From: an uncultured Phycisphaerales bacterium
GTDB taxonomy: Bacteria > Planctomycetota > Phycisphaerae > Tepidisphaerales > Tepidisphaeraceae
DNA length: 64,000 nucleotides
NCBI GenBank assembly: GCA_963755915.1
Contig: CAVWLP010000002.1
Span: 1,760,001-1,824,000, forward strand
Direction of reading: 5' to 3'
Positions 22,265 to 32,226 of the stretch are shown in pieces. The notes under the pieces were generated by a model. That model searched no databases and was not told where the DNA came from. It saw nothing but the letters and a program-made list of their open reading frames with translations. Within the stretch, counting starts at the first letter, position 1; every line of letters begins with the position of its first letter. The translations under genes and the position numbers were made by a program.

Positions 22265-23930
22265 GATACTTTTGCCTCAATCGCAGTGGTCTTTTTCTTT
22301 TTGGCTTTTGCAAACATCGCCCAGCCGGCCATCGCCGCCGTGGCACCTACGCAGACAAACGCAAACAGATCGCCGAACTGCGTGTAAAAGCTCAGCCGGC
22401 TGTCGATCATGATCTGCCCGGTCGTTGTTCCCTCGGTTCTCACCGGAAGCAGATCGCTCACGTGCCCGACGGAATCGATAAACCCGCTGATGCCGGTATT
22501 CACCGACCGCGCCATCCATGCCCGGTTCTCGATGCTTCGCAGGATGGCGGCCTGAAAGTGCTGCGGGTTTTCATTGGCCCTGAACCATCCGTCGTTGGTC
22601 AGGTTCACCAGGAAATCGGCGCGCTTCCCGCCCCCGTCCGTGGGCCGGAACATCGCGCAGCAGATTCGCGCGTCGATATCCTCGAAACAGATCGGCGTCA
22701 CAAAACGCCAGTCGTGATCGTCGTCCTTCAAGTGAAACACGGTAAAAACGTCTCCCGGTTGCATAATATAATCGGAGTAATAGTTCGGCCCCAGTTCCAC
22801 CGACAGGCGATAGAGCCAGGGCATCGACTCTTTGCCGGGAATGAACTCGCCCCAGGGGACGAGGTGAATCTTGTCGTACCGAAACCCCAGGGCGTCGTTC
22901 ATGTGGCCGGTCTTGTCGAAGAGATACGCGGAATTGCGCCGGTCTTCGGGAACGCGATAGGTCTCCGTGCCGCGCACTTCGTCCCGCCAGTTGCCCCAGT
23001 AATCGCCGCCGGTGAGGACCGCCACATGATATCTCGCGGCCAGGGCGCTGATGATGTCATAGACGTCGCGGAATCGATCGTCTTCCATCCGCGCCTGCAC
23101 GTTGAGGGCTTCCATCATGGTTTCGGACCAGACGATCAGGTCGATCTTCCCCTGCGTTTTCTGCAGCGCCGCGATCGATTGATCGACATGAAACTGAAGC
23201 CGCTGGTCAATTTCCGCGCCCTTTTCGCCGCTGTTGCTCTGGGGATAGTTGGACTGGACCAGGGCAAGCGTTGGGCCGGTCGTGAGATAGTGCGGCGTCT
23301 GCTGGATGCGGAAGAAGCCGTACGCCAGGATCATGATGGTCAGGACCGCCGTGGTGATCGCCGCGGGAAGGATGGTGCGGAGTCGTTCCCGATGCATCCA
23401 CGCCATCGCCACCAGCGAGTTCACCATCACCACCCAAAAGGTGATGCCATACGATCCCGTGAGGTCCGCGATCTGGCACACGGGCAGAAAAGGAGTTTGT
23501 GTGTATCCGAGAAAGAGCCAGGGCAGGCCGGTGAAGATGATTCCCCGCGCCACTCGAAGGCCGTCCAGACCGCCGCGATTCCCAGGATGCCGGCAAGAAC
23601 ATTGATGCGCAGCAGCCCCGCGCCGCGGATGATTAGGGCCGCATATCCCCAGAATGAGCCGCAGAAAATCAGCAGGGCGAACATCCCGGGCCAACTGATG
23701 TTGGCCATCCACCACATGTTGGCGACGAAAAAAGCCGTCCCGGCGATCCAACTGATGAAAAACACCCGCTTCTGCGATTTGGTTTCGCCCAGAAATATGA
23801 GCCACGGCGCAAGCCCGATCCACGCGAAATAAAACTGCGAGGTCGGCGCGAAGGCCAGCGTGAGCATCCCCACGCTCAGCCCCAGCAAAACGATGATGCG
23901 AACAATGCGCCCCGTTCGGTTGACCGCCAT
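22261..23930 (-). CDS. lnt: Apolipoprotein N-acyltransferase (frameshift ~23550)
   Basis: TGLPWLFLGYTQ, WSET, YDKIHLVPWGE, ICFED, NLTNDGWF, RSIENR, NTGISG. Confidence 0.93.
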
Positions 23931-23985
23931 TGCACCCAATGCTGCAAGCCGCGAAGGGCCGCGTCAAGCGCGCCGGTGCAAGCGC

Positions 23986-24017
23986 AAAAAAACCGCGGGA
24001 ACTTTTCGCTCCCGCGG
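23986..24017 (-). terminator. Probable intrinsic terminator
   Basis: CCGCGGGA/TCCCGCGG stem followed by T7 on the minus strand, downstream of the VPLP-CTERM gene. Confidence 0.6.
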
Positions 24018-24044
24018 GCAATTTTTTCGCATGGGGGATCGCGT

Positions 24045-24935
24045 TTAAGCCGTCTGCTTGCGCATCCGGCGAACCGCGGCGATTCCGCCCAGGCCCAGCA
24101 GCACCGCCATGCTGCTATACGCCGAACTCGGCAGCGGCACCGCGGGCGGCGACCCGCCCGACGTCGCGCCGGTCACCGATTCGGGAATGCTCACCTGGTA
24201 CGAGCCGCCCGCATCGATCGAGCCGTCCCATTCGAAGGTGAATCCCACGTTGGCGACAAACGGCCCAGTCGAAGAGTTGCTCTCGGAACCGACCGTCCCG
24301 GCGGTGAAGGAATTGGGCGTCGTATCGGGAGTGATCATCACCGTCGTGCCCAGTGAATTCGTGTAGGTCGCCGTGTTCGGCGAAACCGACGGACTCAGGG
24401 TCAAGGTGTTCGTGTCGAGGGAATCGAGCGTGACGTTGCTGACTTCCACGAGCCGGAATGTGAGCGGGCTGATGGGAACGATATTCGAAGTGACGACTGC
24501 CGGAATTTCCTCGGTGTTGTTGATGGTGATCTGATCGACCAGTGCGGACGTGCCGCTGCCGGGCGTCCCGCCGGTGAGCGTGGTGTCGACCGTGAGCGTG
24601 AATCCATCGCCTTCGTAAACCGTAGTCGCCAGGCCGCCGACGGCGAAGGGCGTGCCCGAAACAGTCAGCGTGTTTATCGACTGGAGCGCACCCCCGTCGA
24701 TCGAGATCTGGAGATCCTCACTGCCGGCGGGCGTTCCGCCGTACTGATCGACCCCATCGACTGTCCAGCTTGTGATGAACGGATTCGGTCCGCTGGTGTT
24801 AATCGTCAGGTTGGAATTTCCGCTGGAAAGAGTTTCTGCATGGGCCGCGGGCGAAATGTTCAATCCCGCTGCCAGCACCGCGGCTGCCGCGATGGACAGT
24901 CCGCAATATCCCCTGCTCTTTTTACGACGAAACAT
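24045..24935 (-). CDS. PEP-CTERM-like (VPLP variant) surface protein
   Basis: Signal peptide ending AHA, Ser/Thr-rich body, C-terminal AVPLPSSA-TM-RRMRK. Confidence 0.85.
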   Translation of the reverse strand: MFRRKKSRGYCGLSIAAAAVLAAGLNISPAAHAETLSSGNSNLTINTSGPNPFITSWTVDGVDQYGGTPAGSEDLQISIDGGALQSINTLTVSGTPFAVGGLATTVYEGDGFTLTVDTTLTGGTPGSGTSALVDQITINNTEEIPAVVTSNIVPISPLTFRLVEVSNVTLDSLDTNTLTLSPSVSPNTATYTNSLGTTVMITPDTTPNSFTAGTVGSESNSSTGPFVANVGFTFEWDGSIDAGGSYQVSIPESVTGATSGGSPPAVPLPSSAYSSMAVLLGLGGIAAVRRMRKQTA

Positions 24936-25134
24936 TTTCTTCTCCTTATTGACCCGAAATGTTAGCCTTCGCAATCGGCTACCCGTCCCACCCTGGCGAT
25001 GGTGGTTCAATGCTACCCCATGCCCCCTCCGAAGCAATGCGATTTTTAAGCCCTCGACAGGCCTTGGGCATGCAGGGGCGTGAAGATGGGTAGCCTGAGT
25101 GGTTTATGGGTCTATCTAAGGGATTTTCGGAAGG

Positions 25135-28000
25135 TTATGGATGCAAGCCCGGTGAGCTTAAATCCTGCAAATACAGGAGCCCCATGAGGCTCTCATCCTG
25201 ATCGAAATCGATGGGCCCGGCCCAGCTTGCAGACTCGCCGGTTTCGTTGCGGTGCTGGATAAAGTTGAACTTCATGATCCGCGGATGCCCAGGCGAATCG
25301 TTGAGCAGCAGCTTCCAGGGGATGGCGACTTCACCCGTCCAGGCAGTTTGCTGCGGGTCGGCGGCGTAACGCACGGTTGTGCCATCCGTTTCCCGCCAGG
25401 GGTCGGCGTTGGTGCGCGGGTCGAGCCGCCGCCGTACCACGCACACGCCGTTGGGTTTGCACGCGAGGTAGGTCAGCGGGCCGGGGGTGTTGTCGTCAAA
25501 GATCGGCTGAATGAGCATCTCGCACAAATCCTCGCCCCAGGCCCGGCGGAATTCGTAGTTGACGAAATTCTGGTGCAGCTGCTGCTCGGGCGAAACGCCG
25601 TTGACTGCGAAGGCGACGTAAAAATTGTCCTCGCTCCAGGCGGTGAAGATCTGGGAAGTGGTTGCCGCCGGCGTGATGCGCCAGTGCTGGATCGAGGTGC
25701 GATCGACCATTTTGGTCAGGGGAGCGTCGTTGATGAGGTCATCCGCCGACCAGTCTTCGAGCTTGCCGTCGATGTGAAGGTTTCCCTCCCGGCGGGCGCT
25801 GGCCGCCACAGGGGTCATCACCTGCGCGGAGAAGGAATCGTGCGTGTACCCATCGAGGAAAGTGATCTCCAGCGGCTTGCGCGTTTGAGCATCGATGCGG
25901 TTGAGGTTGACGCGGGCGTTCATCTCGAAACGCTGGACGGCGTACGTGTGGAGCGCCCCGATGATCTGCGGCTCGGGCCGGAATTCCCAGCCATCGCCTG
26001 CAGCGGTCCATTGCAGCTGGTTGTCCTCCGGGCGGTTGTCGCCGGCGTTGTAGATATCCACGCCGAGGCGGAGGAAGGCCCATTTATCGCCGTTGGACCG
26101 GTTGGGATCGTCCCACATCCATTGGGCGGTTCGCGGGAGAATGTAGGGCCGCTCCTTGGGGGCCTGCCAGCGGATCATGTCGAGGTTGAGGCGCTGCTCT
26201 GATTTTTCGACGGAGGGGTCGTCCGGGAGAGATTCAGGCGGCCGCGCCAGGATCGACCGCGCGAGAAGCTGCCGGGCGTCGTCCCAGGTTGCCTGATCGA
26301 TGGTTCCGCTGAGCAGGCCGTATTCCGCATCGGGGGACTGCGTGGGCTGCAACTCGACCTGGCGGGTGAGGAGGCGGGCGAGGAGAAATCCGTTCGTGCG
26401 CATGCCACGCTCTTCGGCGAGAAGGAGATATTCGAAATCTTCCTCGGCTCGGCGCAACCATTTGAGCTGGATGCTGGGGACCGGACCATCGACGCCGAAC
26501 CAGCTTCCCGGATAAAACCAGGTGAGCTTTCCGGGATTTGCGGGCTGCGATGGATCGTCCTGATCGGGAAGCGCGCCGGCCCAGTAAACCAGGTCGGCGC
26601 GGCGGAGATAGGCGAGCCACGCCCAGAGCCGGACGTCGCGCTGGTCCATTCCCGCGCCAATGTAGGGGACGAGCCCCTGGGCTTCGGTGTCGAGCCAATA
26701 TTCCGGCGGCCGCACGTCGCTGGGCCAGCTTTGCGCCGCAGGTCCAAAGACTAAACCGGGTGCGAGCGCCGCGATTCGGCTTGCCATTTCGGGAGCGAGG
26801 GCCATTGGAAAAGATGAGGAGGCGAATTGAACCTGGCTGTCCTCCAGGGGCAAAATCGCCCGCAGCAGCGGATGGGCTTCGAGGATCGATCTTGCCAGCA
26901 TCGAATATTGGATGCTTTCCATCGCGCCTGGCGCGAGCGGAATTGCGCTTAAAGAGGGTCACCGCGGAATGCTCCAGCCAGTCCTGGCCGTTGAAATGCG
27001 TCGCGGCGTTGGACCAGTATTCGCGCTGGCTGGCCGGATCGTAATTATCGATAAAATCGGCGCGGGGCAGCGGCCAGAAACCGAGCGGAGTCTTGTCGGC
27101 GAAGCCATCGCCATTGAGCCAGGGCGAAACGACCGTGTCGAAATCCGACCAATCCACCGCGGGGCGATCGGCGGCGAGCCATTTCACCGTCGGCTGAAGC
27201 CGGGGAACCACGACCTCCACGCGATTCGCCTGGGCGAGCCCGACCAGTTGATCGAGCACCGAGATCGCCGCGGTATATTTATCTTCGCCGCGATTCATCA
27301 GCCGCGGCGTGATCGCCTCAAACGCGTCGGGATAAAGCGACTCGAGCCGGTCCCAATCCAGCTCGCTGACCATCAGCAGGTGCGGATTTTCGGGAATCGC
27401 GAAGTCGTAGACATGCAGCGTGCCCACCAGTGTTGCCGCCGGCGCGGCCAGGCCGTCGGCCGTGACCTGGCACTGAACCGCGTAATCCCCCGCTTTCGTA
27501 TTCTCAGGCACGTGCAGGTCGATCCAGATGATCGGGTAGCCGGGCGAGTGACTCGTACGCAGCGATCTCAGGTCGATCTCACCGTTATCGCAGCGCATCG
27601 GCAGAAGCGCACGCGGCAGTTCGCGCTCGCTGGCGGGCAAGCCGGTTTGTCTAAGATAGCCGGCGCGGTTGGTATCGACCGGCATCGGTAGCGCCTGGTA
27701 GGCGCTGACGCTCTCCGCGGAAATCGCCGGCAAGAAATTAACGCGAAGTTTCCATTGCAGGCCCTGCGGCAAATCGCCCACCTGCAGCGCGAGGCTCGTC
27801 CACTCATTTTTCGCGGCGGAAATTCCGATTTGCTGATCGGCTGCAATCGGCAGCATCGAATCGTTTACATCGATGAGGTTCAGGGTGATGGGCGTTGTGA
27901 TCGTTAGATTTTGCCGCGGCAAATTCTGCCGGCATCCTGACTCGACGCCCATGAAAATTACCACGGCGCAAAGGAATGTCGTTTTTGCAAACAGAGACAT
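25135..28000 (-). CDS. Large exported protein, DUF4091/GH123-like region plus CBM9-like domain (frameshift ~26925)
   Basis: AAKNEW.S..L N-terminus, PSIQLKWLRRAEEDFEY, IDGKLEDW...WTGEVAIPW. Confidence 0.6.
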
Positions 28001-28304
28001 AATAAGGTGCGTAGTTGGTGTGCACTTCCGGGAGCTTTGCCACATCTTTCGCCGATTACGCATGTAAGCGGGTTGATCCGTGCCGGGGCCGAAAAGCTGC
28101 AAAATCGGCCCTGCGGTCCCAAAAACTCGGCGAACGGGAATGATTCTCTCCAAAATCGAAGTGTGGCACAACATTTGTTCTACTAGTCCACCGAAGGAAC
28201 GGAGATATGAAGTATTACAGGGATGTCAGGACGGTTGACAATACAACGGCGAGGTCTGGGGAGACCTGAGACCTCGCCACTTAAGCCTCGTTTCCTCCTC
28301 CGCC

Positions 28305-28350
28305 AGGCCGCACGGCTCTAACCCTCCGCCGTGCGGCCTATTTTATTTTT
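28305..28350 (+). terminator. Intrinsic terminator
   Basis: 12-bp stem AGGCCGCACGGC/GCCGTGCGGCCT followed by a T-rich tail. Confidence 0.75.
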
Positions 28351-28362
28351 CACTCCAGTTAT

Positions 28363-29376
28363 TCACGGTGCACTCGATAACTGCATCGGGACAGGACCAG
28401 ACCAGGAAGAACATCGCCTCGCGCGCGAGCGCTGGGCGGGATGGTCGAGCAGAAGCCCGGAGCCTTTGTAGAGCGCAACCGCCGATTGCGTCATTCGCAC
28501 GGCCAGGTCGTGGCAGGAGGCGCGAAGCCGCGGGGCGTTTTCCGCGGCTTCGGAATCGCGATTATTTTGGCACAGTTCCAGGACCTCGCCGCGAATCTGC
28601 GATAGCTGCCGGGCAAATTTCTCGGCGAGCGAACAAGCGCGATCGGATTTTTCGTCTTGAATTAATTCGAGCGCCCCTTTGCAAAGCCCAAACGCCAGAA
28701 ATATCTGCCCCAGTGGCAGGCCCTTGGAAGAGCCGCTCATCACCTTTTCTACGGGCCCGCGCAAAAGCCATCGCCGATCGAGCCGTGCGTTGGTGATTTC
28801 AATCTGCGAGGTCCAGCTCGATCGCAGGGCCACCAGCTCCAGCGGCGGACGAACGGAAACGCCGCTCAAATCCGTGGGCAGGACGAAAAGAATCTGTTGG
28901 CCATCCTCCGTGACGGCTCCAGCCACGATATATTTCGCGATGGCCGCCCCCGTGCTCCAGGGAATCATTCCCTCAAGACGATATCCATCGCCCTCGGCAA
29001 TCGCCTGCAGGCCGCGCTGGCGGCTGGTGGTGAGCTGGGCGATCCCGATCGTCGCAAAGAATTCTCCCCGCGCCATTTGCGGCAAAAGCTCATCGCGCAG
29101 GGGGGAATTTTCGCTGCCATCGATCAGGCCGACGGCCGAGTCGCGCTGGGAGACGACCAGGGCCGTCGAAACCGAAGCCGAGGCGATCGCCTCGTAGCGC
29201 AGGTGCAATTCCAGCGGCTCGATTCCGTCTCCGCCAAATCGCTGCGGTACGAACCACTTGGGCCAGCCGATTTTCGAGAGTTCGCGTAAATCTTCTTCGG
29301 GCCAGCGGCCCCCGCAGTCCAGCTCCGTCGCGCGGCCGCGAATCTGTGCCAGCGTTTGGTCCAGTTGCAGCATCAT
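28363..29376 (-). CDS. Acyl-CoA dehydrogenase family protein (3' indel likely)
   Basis: VPQRFGGDG, GYRLEG.IPWSTGA, KGSG....HPAQR. Confidence 0.82.
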   Translation of the reverse strand: MMLQLDQTLAQIRGRATELDCGGRWPEEDLRELSKIGWPKWFVPQRFGGDGIEPLELHLRYEAIASASVSTALVVSQRDSAVGLIDGSENSPLRDELLPQMARGEFFATIGIAQLTTSRQRGLQAIAEGDGYRLEGMIPWSTGAAIAKYIVAGAVTEDGQQILFVLPTDLSGVSVRPPLELVALRSSWTSQIEITNARLDRRWLLRGPVEKVMSGSSKGLPLGQIFLAFGLCKGALELIQDEKSDRACSLAEKFARQLSQIRGEVLELCQNNRDSEAAENAPRLRASCHDLAVRMTQSAVALYKGSGLLLDHPAQRSRARRCSSWSGPVPMQLSSAP

Positions 29377-29663
29377 CAATTTCCGTTTCGCAAGCGGCCC
29401 AGCGGATCGCGCAAATATCGCCGCTGGCAGTTTGGGCAGATGCGATATTCAAATCGCCGGTGAACCTGGTCCTGAAGCTCCTGGGCCGTCATGTTCTCCA
29501 TTTCCTTCAGCAGATCGTCGATCTCGGCGTCAAAATCGGTGGCTTTCAATTCCGCTTCGCTCATCTCCGGCACGGCCGGGTCGGCAAATACGTCGATGCG
29601 CACAACGTAATGCCCGGCAGGGGAGAGTTCGCGGCCGCAGAGTTCACAGGTCGGGGGGGCCAT
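29376..29663 (-). CDS. Small CxxC...CxxC zinc-binding hypothetical protein
   Basis: CELCG ... ICPNC..RYLRDPL. Confidence 0.75.
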   Translation of the reverse strand: MAPPTCELCGRELSPAGHYVVRIDVFADPAVPEMSEAELKATDFDAEIDDLLKEMENMTAQELQDQVHRRFEYRICPNCQRRYLRDPLGRLRNGN

Positions 29664-29901
29664 CGGGTGCGATTATACGCATTGCACGCACTACCGGGGG
29701 CGGGGGAAAAGAGGGGTCACTTGATTCCCGATAAATTCCTGCCGATAATCCCTACGACTATGACGAACCACCGTTTGTTTCGATTGATGGCCATGCGATT
29801 GGGATAGCCCGCTGGGGCCTTGGCGCCGAGCAGCCTATCCCCGTATGTATCCGTCCGTCGAATCAAACGGTGGTTCTTTTTTTGTCGAATGAGATATTCC
29901 A

Positions 29902-31456
29902 ATGAATAAGACTTTTTACATCACGACTCCGATTTACTACCCCAATGGGGAGCCGCACCTGGGGCATGCGTACACGACCATCGCGGCCGATGTGCTGTCG
30001 CGATATCACCGCCTCGCGGGGGATGAGACGTTTTTCCTTACCGGGACGGACGAGCACGGAATCAAAATGGTTAAGACAGCGGCGGCGCAGAACATTGAGC
30101 CGCGCGTTCTGGCCGACCGGATGGTGGCCGCCTTCCAGGATTTCTGGAAGGAAATCCATATCACCAACGACGATTTCATCCGCACTACGCAGGATCGGCA
30201 CAAGCTTTCCGTGCAGGAGATCGTCCGCCGGCTTGTGAAGAACGAAGACATCTACCTCGGCAGCTATGAGGGGTGGTACGACGAGGGGCAGGAAGAATTC
30301 GTCACGGAGACCGAGGCGAAGTCTCATGACTATAAGTCGGTGATCAGCGGTCGCCCGCTGACGCGGTATTCGGAGAAGAGTTATTTCTTCCGGCTGAAGA
30401 AATACGTTCCGCGGGTGCGGAAATATATTCAGGACTATCCCGAGTTCATCCAGCCGGAGGCCCGGCGGAATGAGGTGCTGAGCAAGCTGACGGATGATGT
30501 GGAGGATCTGTCGATCAGCCGGGCGACGTTGAAGTGGGGGATTGAGCTGCCGCACGATCCAGATCACGTGGTTTATGTCTGGATCGATGCGCTGAGCAAC
30601 TACATCACCGCGCTGGGATATGCGTCTGCCGACGAATCGCTGTTCAAGAAATTCTGGCCGGCGGATGTGCATGTGATCGGGAAGGAAATCCTCTGGTTTC
30701 ACACGGTCTACTGGCCGGCGATGCTTTTTTCGCTGGACCTGCCGCTGCCGAAAAAGGTTTTTGCCCACGGGTGGTGGACGAGCGGCGGCAGGAAAATGAG
30801 CAAATCGCTGGGTAATTTCATCGACCTCACGAAATTGCGCGAGGTGATCCAGACCTATTCGCTGGATGCGCTGCGATATTATCTCCTGCGCGCCGCGCCT
30901 TTCGGGAGCGATCTGGACTGGACGGATGCGGATTTTCTCAAGGCGTTTAACGAGTTGAAGAACGTCGTGGGGAATTGCCTGAACCGTACGATCAAGATGA
31001 TCGACCGCTACCGCGCCGGCGTGCTGCCTGCGCCGGGCGATCTAGAGCAGATCGACCGCGACCTGCTTTCGCACGGGGACGATCTTCCCGCGCGGCTCGC
31101 GGCGGCGTATGACGGGGTTGATCTCCAGCAGTGTGCCGAGCTTCCCGTGCAGCTTGCCAGGCTTACCAACGGTTATATTGATGCCACCGAGCCGTTCAAG
31201 CTGGCCAAGGATTCCGCAAGCCAGGCGGCTGGACACGGTGCTGAATACGGCGGCGAAGTCGATTTATCGATGCTTGGTGGGATTGCTTCCGATCCTGCCG
31301 GAAAAGGCGGCCGAGGGATTGGGGCAGTTGAAAATTCCAATTGAGGGGAAGCCATTTGGGTGGCTCTACAACAATCCACCTGCCTCTGGCTCAAAGCTTG
31401 GCGAAGCCGTACCACTGTTTCCAAATGTCGTCCCGGGGCAGAAGGCCGGTGGATAA
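29902..31456 (+). CDS. metG: Methionine--tRNA ligase (short form; frameshift ~31220)
   Basis: FYITTPIYYPNGEPHLGH, GTDEHG, YVWIDAL, KMSKSLGN; the C-terminus continues in 31109..31456 ending PLFP. Confidence 0.96.
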
Positions 31457-31560
31457 TTTTTGCGCGGTCTGTCGCATCCAAACTGAACTCAACCACGTTC
31501 ACAGCCTCCGCCATGAGGCGGAACGGGAATTGCATCTCCCGATGGCAAAGGCGAGGTGCG

Positions 31561-32136
31561 ATGATGATCAACCTGGTGACCTCCGACGCGATTCGCCACG
31601 GAGTGCGAGGGCGTCGCTCAGTAATCGAGGAAAAAATCGTTCCAAGCGTGGGAACGGATTTATCCGTGCCCGCCCCATCCTTTTGGGGCTCGATCGCGGC
31701 CGGAACGATGGTGGTGCTGGGGATCGTCGCCCTGTCTGATATTCTGATGTTTTGCTCGCATGTGGGCGTCTACCGCGATGGGGCGGCGATGTGGATGATC
31801 ATCACCGCTTGTGTTGCGTATTACGCTGGCGGTTTGGTTGCCAGTCGATTGAGCTTGAATGGCACCTGGTTGCAGGGTGTTGTGCTGTGGGGGTTGAGCA
31901 TTCCGCTGTCTCTGCTGATCATCGCGGGCGTTACCGAGGCGGCGAAGATCGCGTTTGCCAATACCACCGAGATGACGGCGCAGATCATCCATAGCAGCGG
32001 GATCGCCGGGGGGTGGGTGGCGTTTATCTCTGTGGCGCTGGGACTGGCGTTCGCAGTGCTCGGATCAACCGCGGGGGCGTGCGTGTGTGGCCAGTTAAGG
32101 AGGACCAAAAAAACTGATACGCCTACAAGGGCTTAG
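31561..32136 (+). CDS. Hypothetical membrane protein
   Basis: WGSIAAG motif and four TM helices. Confidence 0.65.
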   Translation: MMINLVTSDAIRHGVRGRRSVIEEKIVPSVGTDLSVPAPSFWGSIAAGTMVVLGIVALSDILMFCSHVGVYRDGAAMWMIITACVAYYAGGLVASRLSLNGTWLQGVVLWGLSIPLSLLIIAGVTEAAKIAFANTTEMTAQIIHSSGIAGGWVAFISVALGLAFAVLGSTAGACVCGQLRRTKKTDTPTRA

Positions 32137-32180
32137 CATCATGTCTGGCAGTGAATGCACTTATGGCATTCAGTGTCGGC

Positions 32181-32221
32181 AAAAAATCCCTCTCCTGATT
32201 AGCAGCAGGAGAGGGATTTTT
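32181..32221. terminator. Bidirectional intrinsic terminator
   Basis: AAAAAATCCCTCTCCTG...CAGGAGAGGGATTTTT between convergent genes. Confidence 0.85.
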
Positions 32222-32226
32222 CGTTC

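Noticed and set aside
29795-29845. Hairpin upstream of metG as a SAM riboswitch or T-box
   Set aside because: Only a simple stem (GGGATAG/CTATCCC); no SAM-I or T-box consensus recognised.
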